Below are positions 11,961-24,900 of a stretch of 64,000 nt of DNA, piece by piece. The notes beneath the pieces are model-generated. The model saw nothing but the letters and a program-made list of their open reading frames with translations, had not been told where the DNA came from and did not search any database. This DNA is from Oikopleura dioica. Its lineage: Eukaryota > Animalia > Chordata. How positions within the stretch are numbered: the first letter of the stretch is position 1; each line of letters begins with the position of its first letter. The position numbers and the translations under genes are program-made. The stretch lies in contig OU015567.1 in the NCBI GenBank assembly GCA_907165135.1, positions 4,650,001-4,714,000 on the forward strand. The letters are read 5' to 3'.

Positions 11961-12586
11961 CAGGTCAGTTTTTGTTAATAATTTATTGGCCGATCTTATA
12001 AACTATAATTCATTATGCTACAACATACCTATTTGCTAATTTTTGAGAGCGGGAAATAACAACAAGAGTGCGGAATTTAGTAACTTGAAGAATCTAACTT
12101 ACAAAAATACGAACAAGGATTGAGGCTTCAAAGCAAAATTCTCCACTCCAACTCTCTTTTCTTTGAAAAAAAGAGTTTTTTCCCTTTGAAGATAATAGAT
12201 TTGTTAAATCTTCGGCGAAATATTGAGCATGTTCCGTGGCGCGCCACGTGACAGCGCTTGAATGCGCGCGGGGCCAAGATCGCTCCTTGACCCAGCATGC
12301 TCGAAAATACCGATGCCAGCCGTTTAGACATTTCAGTGAACGTTTTCGCTTCCGTTTTTACTCACCGCCTAAAAATGTTCTCTTTTTACCGAGATTTTTG
12401 ACCTTTCAAAACAACGTTTTTTTTGAATTGCACGTGAGCTGGTCGAATACTGATAACCTTTTTGGTCGGAAAAGATAAGAAACAGGAAAAAATAAATAAA
12501 AAAAAAATTCTTTACTTTTATTTAATTTTTTTATAAAAGAAAATTATTTTAAAAAGCGATAGTAAAAATTGAAAATCTGGCTTTAA

Positions 12587-12635
12587 AGCCAATCAAAGGG
12601 TTCATTTTTGTTTCCTAGCCAATCAAAAGGGCGGA
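12587..12635 (+). promoter_or_regulatory. Paired CCAAT boxes plus GC-box-like GGGCGG
   Basis: AGCCAATCA at 12587 and 12617 (30 bp apart) followed by GGGCGG. Confidence 0.4.
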
Positions 12636-13604
12636 AACTTGGAATTTTTATATGAACTTCTTTTTATCATTTTTGAGCATCTTTAATTTTGAAGAGTGGT
12701 TTAGAAAAGCGCGTGGAAATCAAAACTCTGAGCTTCTCTCAAAAAACGAGTTTCCCACTTTGTCCAAACGGTGGCTTCCGATTACCGGAAATCTCGAATA
12801 ATAAATCATGCAGATTATTATGCAGGCAATCAACGATGTCATGGCCGAGGTCACGTTCTAAACAACCTTTCTTTTTTTACAAATTCTGCAAATTACAAAT
12901 TTTAAAATTTAATTAATTGAATCGAAAAATTGACGATTGGCTTGGAGGTTCCACGAAATTGAACACGAATGAAAAGAAGAAGAAGCGTAAGTCAATGATT
13001 ATAATGGACTTGTGATTTGTTGAGCTTAGGGGTGTTCCTCGAAGCTGAAGCAGCAATTTGGCACGGACGGCGGCAAAGCGGATAACAGGCGGCTGCAAAG
13101 ACCGATCGCCACCCGCTGATCAAATATTCCACCAAAGCGCTATTTTTTCACTGACTTGGCGTTTTTTAATGAATAATAGCTCTCAAAAATTTTCATTTGA
13201 AATGAATTTAGAATAATGAATAATCATGTATAAAGAGTTAATTTGAAACTTCATTTTTTTAAAATATGAAATAAAATTGGGGATCGAAAATTTCATTCAC
13301 TTTTATGGTTTTTCTTTTTTTGAAGAATGAATTTCGATAAAATTTTGTTGAGCAAAATTAACCTTATCCTCGAAAAAGCAACTTCCGGAAGTCCTAGTGG
13401 CCAGCCGCGAAACAGTTAATCCAATAATCATTGTCTCCTTATCCTCGAAAATTCGTGCTTCCTCTGAGGGCGCTGTTCCGCGGCCCGTTCCGCGCGGAAC
13501 TTCGACGCTGCGTCGAGTTAAAGAACTGTCTCCTGAAGCTCTACCATCTTCAACTGAAACTTTTTGAAAGGAAAAGAGAAAAATCGAAAGCAGAATTTTC
13601 GATT

Positions 13605-16600
13605 ATGAAGATTTCAAATTTTATAGCATTGTGTATTTCATTTGCAGCGGGAAAACGAGAGTATCGGATTCGTCAGAGATCGCTAAAGGAGGTCAAAGGT
13701 AATATCAAATCGTCTCAAATTGCTAAAAGAGCCGATTGCGGCTTTCTTTTCGTAAAAATTGGACCTCGACAAAGCCGCGCGCGGCTTTTTGTCAAGAAAG
13801 TAACTGTTGGAGCGAAAAGATTCGGGTCGAATATGTTTTTTCGAGTCGAAAGCCGCAATAAGCTATTTTGGATCGAAAGCCGCGCGCGGCTTTTGGAGTT
13901 TTTATTCGATCAAGAAATACCAAAACTAGTCACTAAAGGTCTTCGTTATTCATTTTTGTATTCTTTAACCAATAGATCTTCATAAATCACATTCATTTCT
14001 AGTGAAACGAGACGGGCTGATGTACCAACCAGCTGGAGGCATGAACATTCTACAAAGAAGCACAAAATTTCTCAAACGAAACGGAAAAGTCAAAACTGGC
14101 GAAGTCGACAACATCAAGGTCCTCACTCAAGGAACGGTCTTATTTTGAAAAAGGTCAAACGAACAACCTCTTATTCTCGCACCCTGACCTTGAGCTACTT
14201 TTCTAAGCATTAGTGAAGCAAACTCTGGGTAAATTATCTTTCTGGTCAATAGAAAAATGACAAATGTTACGTTTTTCGAGAATTTCTAACAGAATTTTTC
14301 AGATGATTTTTTTTCTAAAGCGAAAATTGTTCAATAAAAAAGACCTCTTTTCCAGCTGATAAAGACGTTCTGGTGGCATCTGCGAATTTGCGTCGCGCGG
14401 CCGTAAAGCCCCGTCCCGCAAATATGAAATATGTGACTTGGGATGAAAGGTAACTCTTCCGCTGATAACTCAGATTCCCAAAATCTGATCCAGCTTCTTG
14501 CTCATTTACTCGCTCAATCATCTAACGGAACACTTGTGTTCAAACCAAACAGAATTACGAGCAATCAATCAGTTTTGCTCAATTTATCCTTACACGTTCT
14601 TTCTTGTTTCAAAATGTATCCAAATCGAGAAGCCGCTTGCGGCTTTGAGCAAAATGAAACAATAAGCCGTGCCTCGCGCGGCTTAAGAATTTCAATTTCA
14701 GTTTCGAGTATTGCGGCTTCGAGATAATTAAAATTTTGAAACCGCGCAGAGCGCGGCTAATTGTTTTGTTTCGCTCGAAGCCGCAAGCGGCTTCTCGATC
14801 TGAATCTATAAAAATCTTTTTAAAATTATCTTTGACAAAAAATTTTGAAACTTTTTAGCCTTGCCTCATCCGCAGCAGAACACGCTCGTCGATGCCAATT
14901 TGGCCATTCGACAGCCGACCAGCTTCGCCACTCGAAATGGGGCTACACGATTGGAGAAAACATCGCGGTCTTTAGAGGCCCAAAGACCTTCGAAACGGAC
15001 CATTTCGTCTGGGTCACTGATGGTTTTTACGACGAGCGAAAATACTACAACTACGAAACGGGCCATTGCGAAGCGCAATGCGGCCATTACGAAGTTCTCG
15101 TTCACGCCGAACAGGAAGGCTTTTCATCTCAAATTAAACGTTTCAGGAAATTTTTGAAGCTAAATTGGATGTCTCAAAATTCTTTTATAAACCGAGCCAA
15201 AAATCCCTTTCTGGTTATTTTCGGAGAAAATTTATTTAAACAATTTATAAAATTATTTTCTCAATAAAAACGCGTATAAAAAGCTTCTCAGGAAAAAATG
15301 GGCTGCGCGGTCTCAAGTTGCACCTCAGTCGTCGACGCGTTCATGAAGCTGAGCCGGGTTGAGCTCGGAGAGAACCCCTTTCACGTTGTGGTTTGCCACT
15401 ACGCACCTGTCGTCATGACGCCAAGTTTATACGAGGTAAGTTAAATTAAATATACTAATACGCGCGATAAGAACAGCCTGTTTTCATAAATGACCGATAA
15501 AACTGAGCGATAAATTAGCATCTCACGCGTTTTTCGATCCAATTTTTGACACAAAAATTGCCTTAAAAATCAAGATTTCTCTAGAATTATCGCTCGAAAA
15601 TCGAAAAGTCGCTTACGGCTTTGAGTTTGAAAGGAGCCGCGCAAAGCGCGGCTTTAATTTTCATCCGACTCGAAGCCGCAAGCGGCTTCTCGATTTTTAG
15701 CAAAAATTCTAGAGAAACCTAGAGAAAGAAGGAAATTTTCAATAATTTCTTCAGAAAGGTGGTTTCTGCGGAAAATGCCCAAGAGGTTGGAACGGTGGTT
15801 GTATTGCAGGACTTTGTACTTCAGAAAGGCAAGGCTCACGAAAACAAGAAATCAGAATTTCGCAAAAGTCGTTGACATTTACAAGCTCGGACTATCTTGA
15901 AAAGTGTCAGGCGCAATTTGCAATTGTGAGAGAATGCGAATCCGAAAGTGTCCACCTGTCGTTGTTTTCGTGAGCGTTTATAAAGTGAACCTGCTCCGGC
16001 GCCGCCAGCGCGGCTTATCGCCGGCATTCGCACGGACTCCGGATTGACTGACCATGATTTCGACAGGTAAACACAAAGAAAACATGTTAGAAATTTCTAG
16101 AAAAAAAAATTTTTTTTTGATTATTCACATCGAGAAGCAGCTTGCGGCTTCGAGTCAAAAATTTTAAAAAGCCGCGGCTCAGCGCGGATTTTTTTTTCTA
16201 TAAAACTCGAAGCCGCAAACGGCTTCTCGATTTGATTAGCTTACCTGTTTCAGATCCGTCTTTGAATGGTCCGAATGGTCATCCTGCACCCGAACCTGCG
16301 GAATCGGAATCAAATGGCGTTTCCGAATGTGCGAAGGTTGCCAAGGCCCCGAAGGTGAGATGCAGCAATGCCGAGTCGCTCTCTGCCCAGCGAGCTCTTC
16401 AAGCTCTTCAACAGCGGTTGCTTCGAAGCCGAAGTTTTTGAGCTGGTCGAATTGGTCGGCTTGTGATAAAACTTGCGGATCAGGTAGGAGGATTAGAAAT
16501 AGAAAGTGTAGCAAGCCGTGGGGATGCTCTGGGGTAAGTGCTGAGGCGGAATCGTGCTGGGCTGGAATGTGCAACTCTTGGGGAGCCTGGGGAAGTTGGA

Positions 16601-17476
16601 ATCAGGAAAAGGGTTGAAAAAATTTTTTTCGGCAAGATCTTTTTATCGGGCAATTTTCGACTCGAAATAGTGCAACGTCAAATGTGGCTCTGGAACTCAA
16701 ACTCGAACTCGAATTTGCGTTGGTGGCAATTCTTGCGCTGGTCCTCGATCTGAAACGAAAATTTGCGATCGACCATGTTCCACTTCGGCTCCAGCTGGTT
16801 TCTTGGCAAGAGGGTTGGCGACATTGAATGGCAACTGCGCTTTTGATATGAAGAGAAGAGAGCTTGAGTGCAAAGGAAAGCGGATTTTCTTCCTTGATAT
16901 CATGAAAAAAATTGAAAAATAATATTTTTTCGGTGAGATTATCCGGAATCAAGGAAGAAAATCCCAAAAAAGCGAGTAATCTTGAACATATTCCTCCTTT
17001 TGAGCGCGATTTTGCTAGCCGACAAGGAAAACAACAACGAATCAAGCTCATGAAAAATCTCAACTTCGAAGGAAACGCCATAGAAGATCTCGGACACCTC
17101 AATGGCTATTGCAAGTTTGCGAAGGGAAAGGTAACCATTCATCTCATTTTTCACCTTTTCAAATTATGCTTTTTGAAGATCGACACGATCAATCTCGCGA
17201 AAAACAAGCTAAAATCTCTCCGCGCCGCCGATTTCAGCTCTTGTCGCCAAATCAGGGAGCTGAATATTTCAGAAAATCCACTTTCTTCACTCGATATTGC
17301 AGCTTTCAAAAACATCAGAAAGCTATCAAAGCTTGTTGTTTCCAAAGATTTATCTAGCTGCTGGGGCATTCAAGGTAAAAATTCGGAAAAATATCTTCAG
17401 AAACTAACTTTTCAAAGATGTTGCTGATCTAATGATGCTTTCCAATCGGCTTGGAATGCAACTTGAAGTTGTATAA
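13605..17476 (+). CDS. Secreted CAP/SCP (CRISP-like) + 3 TSP1 + LRR protein
   Basis: Signal MKISNFIALCISFAAG; CAP motifs NLRRAAVKPRPANMKYVTWD, GENIA, CGHYEVLV, MGCA, VVCHY; CRISP-like hinge CGKCPRGW..C..GLC; three WSxWSxCxxTCG/RxRxC TSP1 repeats; LRRs (LNFEGNAI, INLAKNKL, LNISENPL); stop at 17474-17476. Confidence 0.88.
13725..16230. repeat. Intronic arrays of short AGCCGC-(N)-GCGGCT palindromes (several clusters)
   Basis: Clusters at about 13725-13900, 14625-14805, 15600-15700 and 16135-16230; also 31005-31130 in the polyprotease gene. Confidence 0.8.
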
Positions 17477-17739
17477 TAAAAGCTCAAGGAGCGTTTTCTG
17501 TATATTGCAAAACCTGTCACTGTAAATTTCAAAATCCGTCATTCCCAATACAGTCCAAAACTTATTATTTGATGTTGATTTCTCAAACACAAAGAAACTT
17601 TTATTGAAAATTAAGTTTGATAATTTACTTGATAGTCTGAATCTTAGATGCGGCTGATCATCCCTTGGGGAGGAAGAGCTCGCTAAGCGCGATTATTTAG
17701 TTTCCAACTTTTTAAATTTTTAATTTGGCACTTCAAGAT

Positions 17740-18170
17740 TCCCCGCCTTTTCTTCTTCTCGGGCTCCGGTTTACAGATATTTTGCCGCAAAAGCAAGAAT
17801 TAAAGAGAAAACCGCTTCCTTCAATTAAATGTCTCAAGGTATATTTGAATTTTTGGTCTCAGCATCAATAAAGCTTGTTAAGACTTGGAGCTAGAATGGG
17901 ACGATCACGAGACATGTACAGATTTGGTCGTTGGCTCTGTTTTTTCACCGCGAAATTCGACAATAGAGCAATCTTTTTTTGAAAATCCGATGACGCCAAA
18001 TGAGCTTATGAAGATCCTCAGGGAGATCACCCTCTGTAAGTTCATCCTATGTCAGAATGAGTCATCATATTAATACTGGTCTAATAATAGCTGCTGACAC
18101 GCCGCCGACGACGATAATGAGATCGCTGAAGAAACTCAATTTACTGTCACATACTGAGATTCTTTTATGA
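17740..18170 (+). CDS. Hypothetical protein (partial model)
   Basis: Exon-like segments flanked by GT/AG (…IKCLK|DLELEWDDHETC…LREITL|…); no recognisable domain. Confidence 0.3.
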
Positions 18171-19279
18171 GAAGGAAAAAAACAATGAAAAGGATACCGC
18201 GAAGACCAAAGATTATGGCAAATTTTCGAATTGGGATTTTGAGCAAATTTTCGAGAAAACTTCTGTCTAAATCATCGGTCTTTGCGGTATCTAATTCGTG
18301 AAAAAATAAATTTTATGAAGATTTCGACAAAATCGACAAATCTTCCATTTTTTTCTGTCAATTTTAAATTCAACAATCTGACCATTTTTCTCATTCAAAA
18401 ATCATCCCTTCTCGGTTGCGGGACTCTTCATTATTTTTCAGAGAACGAGTGCGCTTTATGAATTTATAATCTGCTGTTTTCGATCACAACGAATTGTGAT
18501 ATAGATTTTTTGTTCTGAAGAGATGACAGGAATTCTTACGCTCATTTGTTTACTCGGCCGCTCACGCTTTTGCAAAAAATAAAACAAATTCGTTCTTTGC
18601 GCTCTGATTATGACGATCTTGGTAAATTGAGTTATAAGTAGCGGCATTTTTAACTAGTCAACATGAATAGAGACAACTGCGAATACTATTCGCCGAATAG
18701 AGAGATTCGGCGATTTTTGAAATCAAGGAAGAGATTTTTTCGAAGAATAATTTTGATATTTTGAAATTAACTGATAGTCATTACTGCTACCTTATAGTCA
18801 TAAGACCTGAAGAAAGAATGGAAAATAAATTAATAAAAAGCCAATTTTAAATTCCCTTTTTTATTTTTTTTTTCGGAATTTTGGTAAAATAGCAATTTAT
18901 AACGCACAAAATCTGTCTTTTCGAGAAAGATCTTGAATCTCTTTCTTTGACATTTTCCTTTATTCTTGCGGTTTCAAATTTGCATCAAAACACCGTCGAC
19001 GACACGCGATACGCCCATCTTTCAATATGTCGCCATGAACTTGCATTAAAAATGCACTAAAATGAACTTCAATAATCTACCCTGTTTTCAGGTCTTTTGT
19101 CTCTTAGATGAGCTGAGCCTTCCTTTCTTCGACCTGTTTTTTCTTTGCATGTCCATTAATCTAATTACACCTGGCGCATTCTAAGGGAGAATTTTTAGAC
19201 AAGAACTGATGTGATCGTATAGAGAAAATTTCCCGAAAAAGAAGAAATGAGAAAAACAAACTAGAAAATTTGAAAAATA

Positions 19280-20034
19280 ATGGAATCAACCATCAAAAAT
19301 GGTAAGAAAATTTAGCTTTTCAGTAAAAGGGTGGGCAAAATCTTCAAAATCATTGGTGACAAGGGGTTATGGTCTTCTCTCAGCCAATCAAAAGCCAGTA
19401 TAGTTTGTGTCAGCCAATCACAGGCGAGAAAACCCTAGCCTTGAGGCCCAAGAACTCCCTCGATCACCCAAGGTTTTGCCAACCCTAGTTATGGTATTTT
19501 CGATTTGATCAATTTTAACGGTCTTTTTTCAGAAGAGCTACTAAATTCACAGATTTATCTGAATGCAACTGTACAAAATTACGAGCTTGCAGGTAAATTT
19601 AAAACAATCGACCCTCTTTAACTTATTTTTAGCTTCAATTCTTCCATTCTTACTGGTGTTCGGTGGCGTAATAATTTTATTCTTAGGATTGTGCATTTAC
19701 TTAACTTGCGTTTGCCCAAGGATCGTTTTTTCTCATTCGCTCAGCGCTTTGAAAAAGCGAGTTCAAGAAGCGGAATCGTTGATTTTGTTAACCCTGACTG
19801 ATCTGGGGTTGCGAAATGACTCGGAAGGAAAAACAAAGCAGCGTTTTGAGAAAAAGCACAAAAAGCTTCATTCGTGACTTGAGCCTAGAGACGAAATCAA
19901 ACGGCTCAGAGGACTCAGATGATGAGTCGGGAACAATGACGACGGACCTTAATTCTTCAGAAGCGTGTAAGTTCAATCGATTTTCTTCAAGTGACCTTTT
20001 GACGACGAATCAAACTGGAAATAGAAAATTATGA
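19280..20034 (+). CDS. Small single-pass membrane protein without signal peptide (type III-like)
   Basis: Spliced MESTIKN|EELLNSQIYLNATVQNYELA|ASILPFLLVFGGVIILFLGLCIYLTCVCPR; N-glycosylation site NAT; juxtamembrane Cys; Ser/acidic tail. The 3' splicing is uncertain. Confidence 0.6.
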
Positions 20035-20046
20035 TCAGTACTGAAA

Positions 20047-20265
20047 ATGTCACGAATGTCACGAATGTCTAAAATGTCAGAATGTCACAAATGTCAGAAT
20101 AACACAAATCTCAGAATATCACAGATGTCGCGAATGTCACAAATGTCACGAATGTCACAAATGTCACGAATGTCACAAATGTCGCGAATGTTAACGACAC
20201 AATACGAATGTTATCAAAAAGAAACATTTTCTCGTGACATTGGTGACATTTGTGACACTTTTTGC
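20047..20265. repeat. 9-bp minisatellite (ATGTCACGA/ATGTCACAA) with an inverted tail
   Basis: About 12 tandem units, then reverse-oriented GTGACA units at about 20234-20258. Confidence 0.9.
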
Positions 20266-20774
20266 ACTGTCAAAAATGGTTTTTTCTTCGTAAAGATCCC
20301 TTTTTAAAATCTCTTTTTATTTTCGAGAATGATCGAGAATTTCTTCCGCCGTGTGGAATCTAAAACAAGTTGAGTGTCCACAAACGTGATTATTTTTCGC
20401 GAGTAGCTGGCTTGAAAAGAAAGCGGAATCTGATTTAGGTAGCATTAGGGTTAAAGAGCTCCGTGTTCTGCGGCGCGGCGCCAGAATCCAAGACTGAACT
20501 TTGCGGCCATGTCAAAGGCCGAATTTTTCACTTCTTCTAACGAAAAATATGCAAGTTGGGGCAAAATCTTTTTCGCTGGAAAAGGTCAAAAAATGGTCGA
20601 AAATCGTCGAAATCAGTGTAATTTCTTCTTTTTAGATGTTCAAGGAACAGAGATGAAATTCCTCGCCTAGACGATTCAATCTGCTTCTTCAATTTATGAA
20701 GCTTCTTCAATCATCAAATTTCTGTCTAAAAAACGAAAAATATACGTCTAGGTCGTAAAATAGAGCTTGTCGAT

Positions 20775-20911
20775 GAGGAAGCGTCAGAAACCGACTAAAA
20801 ATTTCGACAAATTTTTCGTGGGCGGCTACTCCGCTGCCGAATCAAAGCTTTTGATTGGTTGAAAATTTCCACGCAAAATTTGTCGAAATATTCTGCTCCT
20901 GACACCTCCCC
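20775..20911. mobile_element. MITE, GGGA-GGTGTCTG family (degenerate copy)
   Basis: Shares aaaatttcgacaaatttt / aaaatttgtcgaaat arms and the gtgggcggctact core with the 29790 and 31729 copies. Confidence 0.7.
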
Positions 20912-21509
20912 TTGTCAACCTGTATAGAAAACCTGAGTCAGGGTCAAAAAAGCCGCGACGTTTTTATTCAAGCTCTCGTTAGACCCTGACTCAGGTTTTC
21001 TTCACAGGCTGTTGCGCCCAGCCGGATTCTTCTTATGAAATTTTTTTAACATAAAAAAAGAACAAGAAATTAATCGACCGTGGAATTTATTTTCTCAATT
21101 TCGCGGTAAAATTATCAATGAAAATTATCTTCCGATAAGAAATGAATGTTCCAGAAATAGGATATTTGATGTAATAAGATGTTCACAAGGTTTTTTTCTG
21201 TCGAAATTTTGACTTTTCCGACTCGGGGAAGATTATGGTCTTCCAACGCGTCCCAAATCCAACCACTGTTGTCTTGCACTTCCGCTTTTCTCGCGGTGAG
21301 ACACGTAGTGGCATGAATTTTCATACCGAATCGCAATAAATAGACCGAACGCTAACCGAGTTGTTAGCGTGTTTGATTACTTGTTGCGTTTTTGTTTGTT
21401 GACTTTGGAACAAGTCGACTTTTGAACATTTAGAAACATTAACAAAAACTTTCTTGTCCGCTTATTTAGATCACAAGAAATTAAACTTGCCTCTAATTCA
21501 ATAATTTTC

Positions 21510-21910
21510 AAGGACCTCTCCCTAAAGTCAAGTAGTATTTTTTCGAACAGTGATTTCGGAGTGTTCCCGTTAAGATTTTGAAAATTTTATTTGTCTATGT
21601 TTTAGTCCGATCATTGGTTGAGGGCAACTGAAATAAAATCACCCGCGTCCACTTCTTAAGGGTGTCAGTACAATAAATGAAAGTGACTAACATCGATTTC
21701 CGCTTACGATCACGAAATATTTTACTGACCACTTTATTCAAAATCCTTAAGGATCCACCCCTCAATTCGGCATTTTTTCAAACAGCAATTTCGGAGTGAT
21801 CCCCTTAAGATTTTCAAATTTTTTAACCGTTATTCCAGCCCGATAGTCGCTTTAGGGCAAGCGAAGAAAAACACTCTCGTCTACTTCTTAAGGGTGTCAC
21901 TACAATAAGT
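21510..21910. repeat. Diverged tandem duplication, unit about 233 bp
   Basis: atttcggagtg..ccc.ttaagattt at about 21554 and 21789; acttcttaagggtgtca.tacaataa at about 21651 and 21883. Confidence 0.7.
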
Positions 21911-24900
21911 TAAACTTTCAAAGATCGTGTTTTTCCCTAAAGCACCGTAAAATGTCAGTACGTAAGAGCTTCGCGCTTTGGAGCCTCCGTTGCGTCTGAG
22001 AACAAAAAGCTCTGTTATTGGCATTTGCCGCTTGTCTGTAAGAGTTACAGGAGCAAGGAGGAGATTAACAACGTGCCGACCACAATCTAGGCTGGCGATC
22101 AAACGTGCCGAACGCGGGGATAAAGGTGACCAAATTTGGTCGACGGAAAGACCGAAAGTCTATTAAACATTTTAGATGGCAAATTCCTGCCCTTACTAAT
22201 ACAATAGTCTTAGGCTTCAATTTTTGAAATAATTTGTCCTTTGATTTTTAAAAACTACATCAGGTTGTTTTTTCTCTTAAAATTTAGATTTTTTATGATT
22301 CCAAGAAAATAAAATCACGATAACTTTGGTACATAAGCCTTCCATTTTAATTTTATATATAAAATCGCAAAGTAAATTAGTTAAAAAGATGATATTTATT
22401 GAAAAAATAAAGATTTTATGGTTTTTATCCTGAAGTTTTTAATCTTTGAAATTGACTTGATTTTTTGATAATATGAAAAGCCCTAAAATTTTTCCGAAAA
22501 CTTATTTCCGAGCCCTCGAACCCCATAAGAAACCAGATATCGGCCCCGCGCAAGCAAAGAAAAAATGCTCCTGGATGGCGCTCGCGCGCGAATCGCGCGT
22601 TCTCATGATTTTCACCGCTCGTTTTGTTTCACCAAAGACTTTCCATCTGTTCACCCCTTTTTCTGACCTGAGATATTTTGGGAAGACGCTTTTTTATTTT
22701 TCTAGAAGAGAACTTTGAAACATCTGATACAGAAAGAATCAAAGAAATTTTGTGATAAGAAGAAGAAGAAGAAGGAGAATGATAAGAATACTTCCCTACT
22801 GGGGTTTTTGCACATATCACATGTAAGTTACGAAAAGATATAACATAAAAAATATTTCAGATTGATGGGTAGAAATTTTTGTTGAATTTTGATAATAAGA
22901 ATTTAACTTGGTGCGTCAAAATTTCTCAAAATTTTGAAGATTTTTTTCGATCTTCTTAAGCTCAAAAATTATAATTCAAAATATAATAAATTAATTAGAA
23001 AAATAAATATTATTAAAATAATTTATTTAATAAATAAATAATTCTAGTAATAAAAATTATAATTATAAAAATAATTATTAAATAATAATATATTATTAAT
23101 TATTTAATTTTATTTAATTATTTTTCAAATTATTATTAAATAATTTTTTCAAGGACCAAGAAGTTTCTGTTTTTGACCAAAATTTTTGGCAGCTCCCTTT
23201 ATATCCAACCCTATTAAAAATCATGAGTAAGTCCTCTCATTTCGTATTTGTATGAAAATAAAATTCCATATCATTCTTTTTTGCTTTCTAGTTTTAGTTT
23301 TGATTTGATTAGTTACCCTACGTAGTTACCAAAACAGGAAGTAATATATATACACCGCCAAATCATTTTTCTGTTGTCAAAAATAATCGGAAACTGGAGT
23401 CTTGTCATTTGAATCGCGGCGAGTGTTAACTCATTGTTGTAAAGCGCGTCTTAGTGAGCCGCTTTGAGCGATTTATAACGACATTAGAAGACTCATCGAC
23501 TCAGGCCAAATCTCGGACTCTCTTTTAAACAAACTCAACTTCGCTTCAACTGATAAGGCGACACCTAACAGCTTACTACTTGTATTATCGAGCAGGAGTA
23601 AATATTCTTAACCCCTGACGATTTGAGGTATCTCAATTCTACTGTGAACTTTTTTGGCTTTTTTCCGATTGATTTTTGAAAAAAATAAAAACCATAAGTA
23701 GGCATTTCGATTTAAGAAACAATAATTTTTAAACTTATTTCTAGTCGACGATGACTGCTTTCACTTGATATCCTATTTATTGATCAGAATCATATTTACT
23801 TGAATTAACCTGAATCCATTATTACATATCAAACTGGGTCATCGGCAATGACTCATTGCTATATTTTACAGGAAGACGGAGAAACCCAACCGGGAGTTCG
23901 AAAACTCGTTGCGCTGGATAATGTCTAGTTTTCTAGCGCGCACGAGCGATATTTTTATAGATGTTTTGCTGGGCATTGATAACGTTCACCACCGGATTCA
24001 GACACTTTCCGACTTATAATTTTTATTTTCATCTTTTTCTCTCTTTCAATTTTTTCTTATTTTTTGATCGAGAATCAAGTTCAATTTCAGTTTTTATAAC
24101 GTGAAAGAGCTCGTTTTTGTCATTGAATAAAATTTCTGTAGAAGCAAAAACACAAGTAGAAAGGGGGTTGAACAAGGCTGGGAAGTGCGTGAGAGATTCA
24201 ATTAGGCGACAAGCTGCCCAACGTGAATACTGCTCGGCCGCAGGAACACGCTCAAATCTCCAAAAGCGGAAAATCCAGTTTAGATTTTTTGAAAATCAAT
24301 GTTGGGCCTTTTCCCCAAGATCGACATTTAAGATTCTTTACCGGAAAATTTTCCTCTTTTTCGATAAAAATAGGAGAAATAAGCCTAAATCTGTCAACAC
24401 AACATTTTTCCCAGGGTACGTCCTTACTTATGGGCGTAAGTGGGTTAGGATCTTGACCGATTGATTGCGAGATCAGAAGCTAAAAACATTTCTCAAACGC
24501 AAGGTTGACAAGATTTTTAAATTTCCAAACTCAATTTCGACTCTTGATGTGTCTCAAAACAACGAATTTGCTTGCCTGATTTTTGATGAATTTTGTAAAA
24601 AAGGGCGGAAAATTGAACGTGACTTTTTATGTGTATGAGCTCTTGAAAGCGCAAAGTAAGGACAATAATTACTCGCCAATTAGAAGCTCAATATGCAAAT
24701 AGAGCTAGGACCGCAAATCTGTCACTGACCGAGCAGACGGATTCCGAATTTCAAGGACTGGGAATAATTCTTCATGCTTTTTCTTTTCAACTTGACTTTT
24801 GAAAGTCGAAGTTTCCAGATCATTCTTCTTCGTTGGATAAGAGCTATGAATGGATGAAAGTTCTAAGGGGGATATCTCGCTTTCGATTGGCTGATTGAAA

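Noticed and set aside
12790-13110. Short exon-like segments with a GTAAGT donor
   Set aside because: No coherent spliced ORF or motif.
20047-20307. MSRMSQ-repeat ORF (also 26414-26611 and 61060-61296)
   Set aside because: Translations of tandem repeats lying in introns, intergenic DNA or a MITE.
20400-21360. Possible gene fragments, including ORF 21115-21336
   Set aside because: No recognisable motif or consistent splice model.
23400-24464. ORF-like stretches including 24117-24464
   Set aside because: No domain, weak coding signal; may be real but is unsupported.
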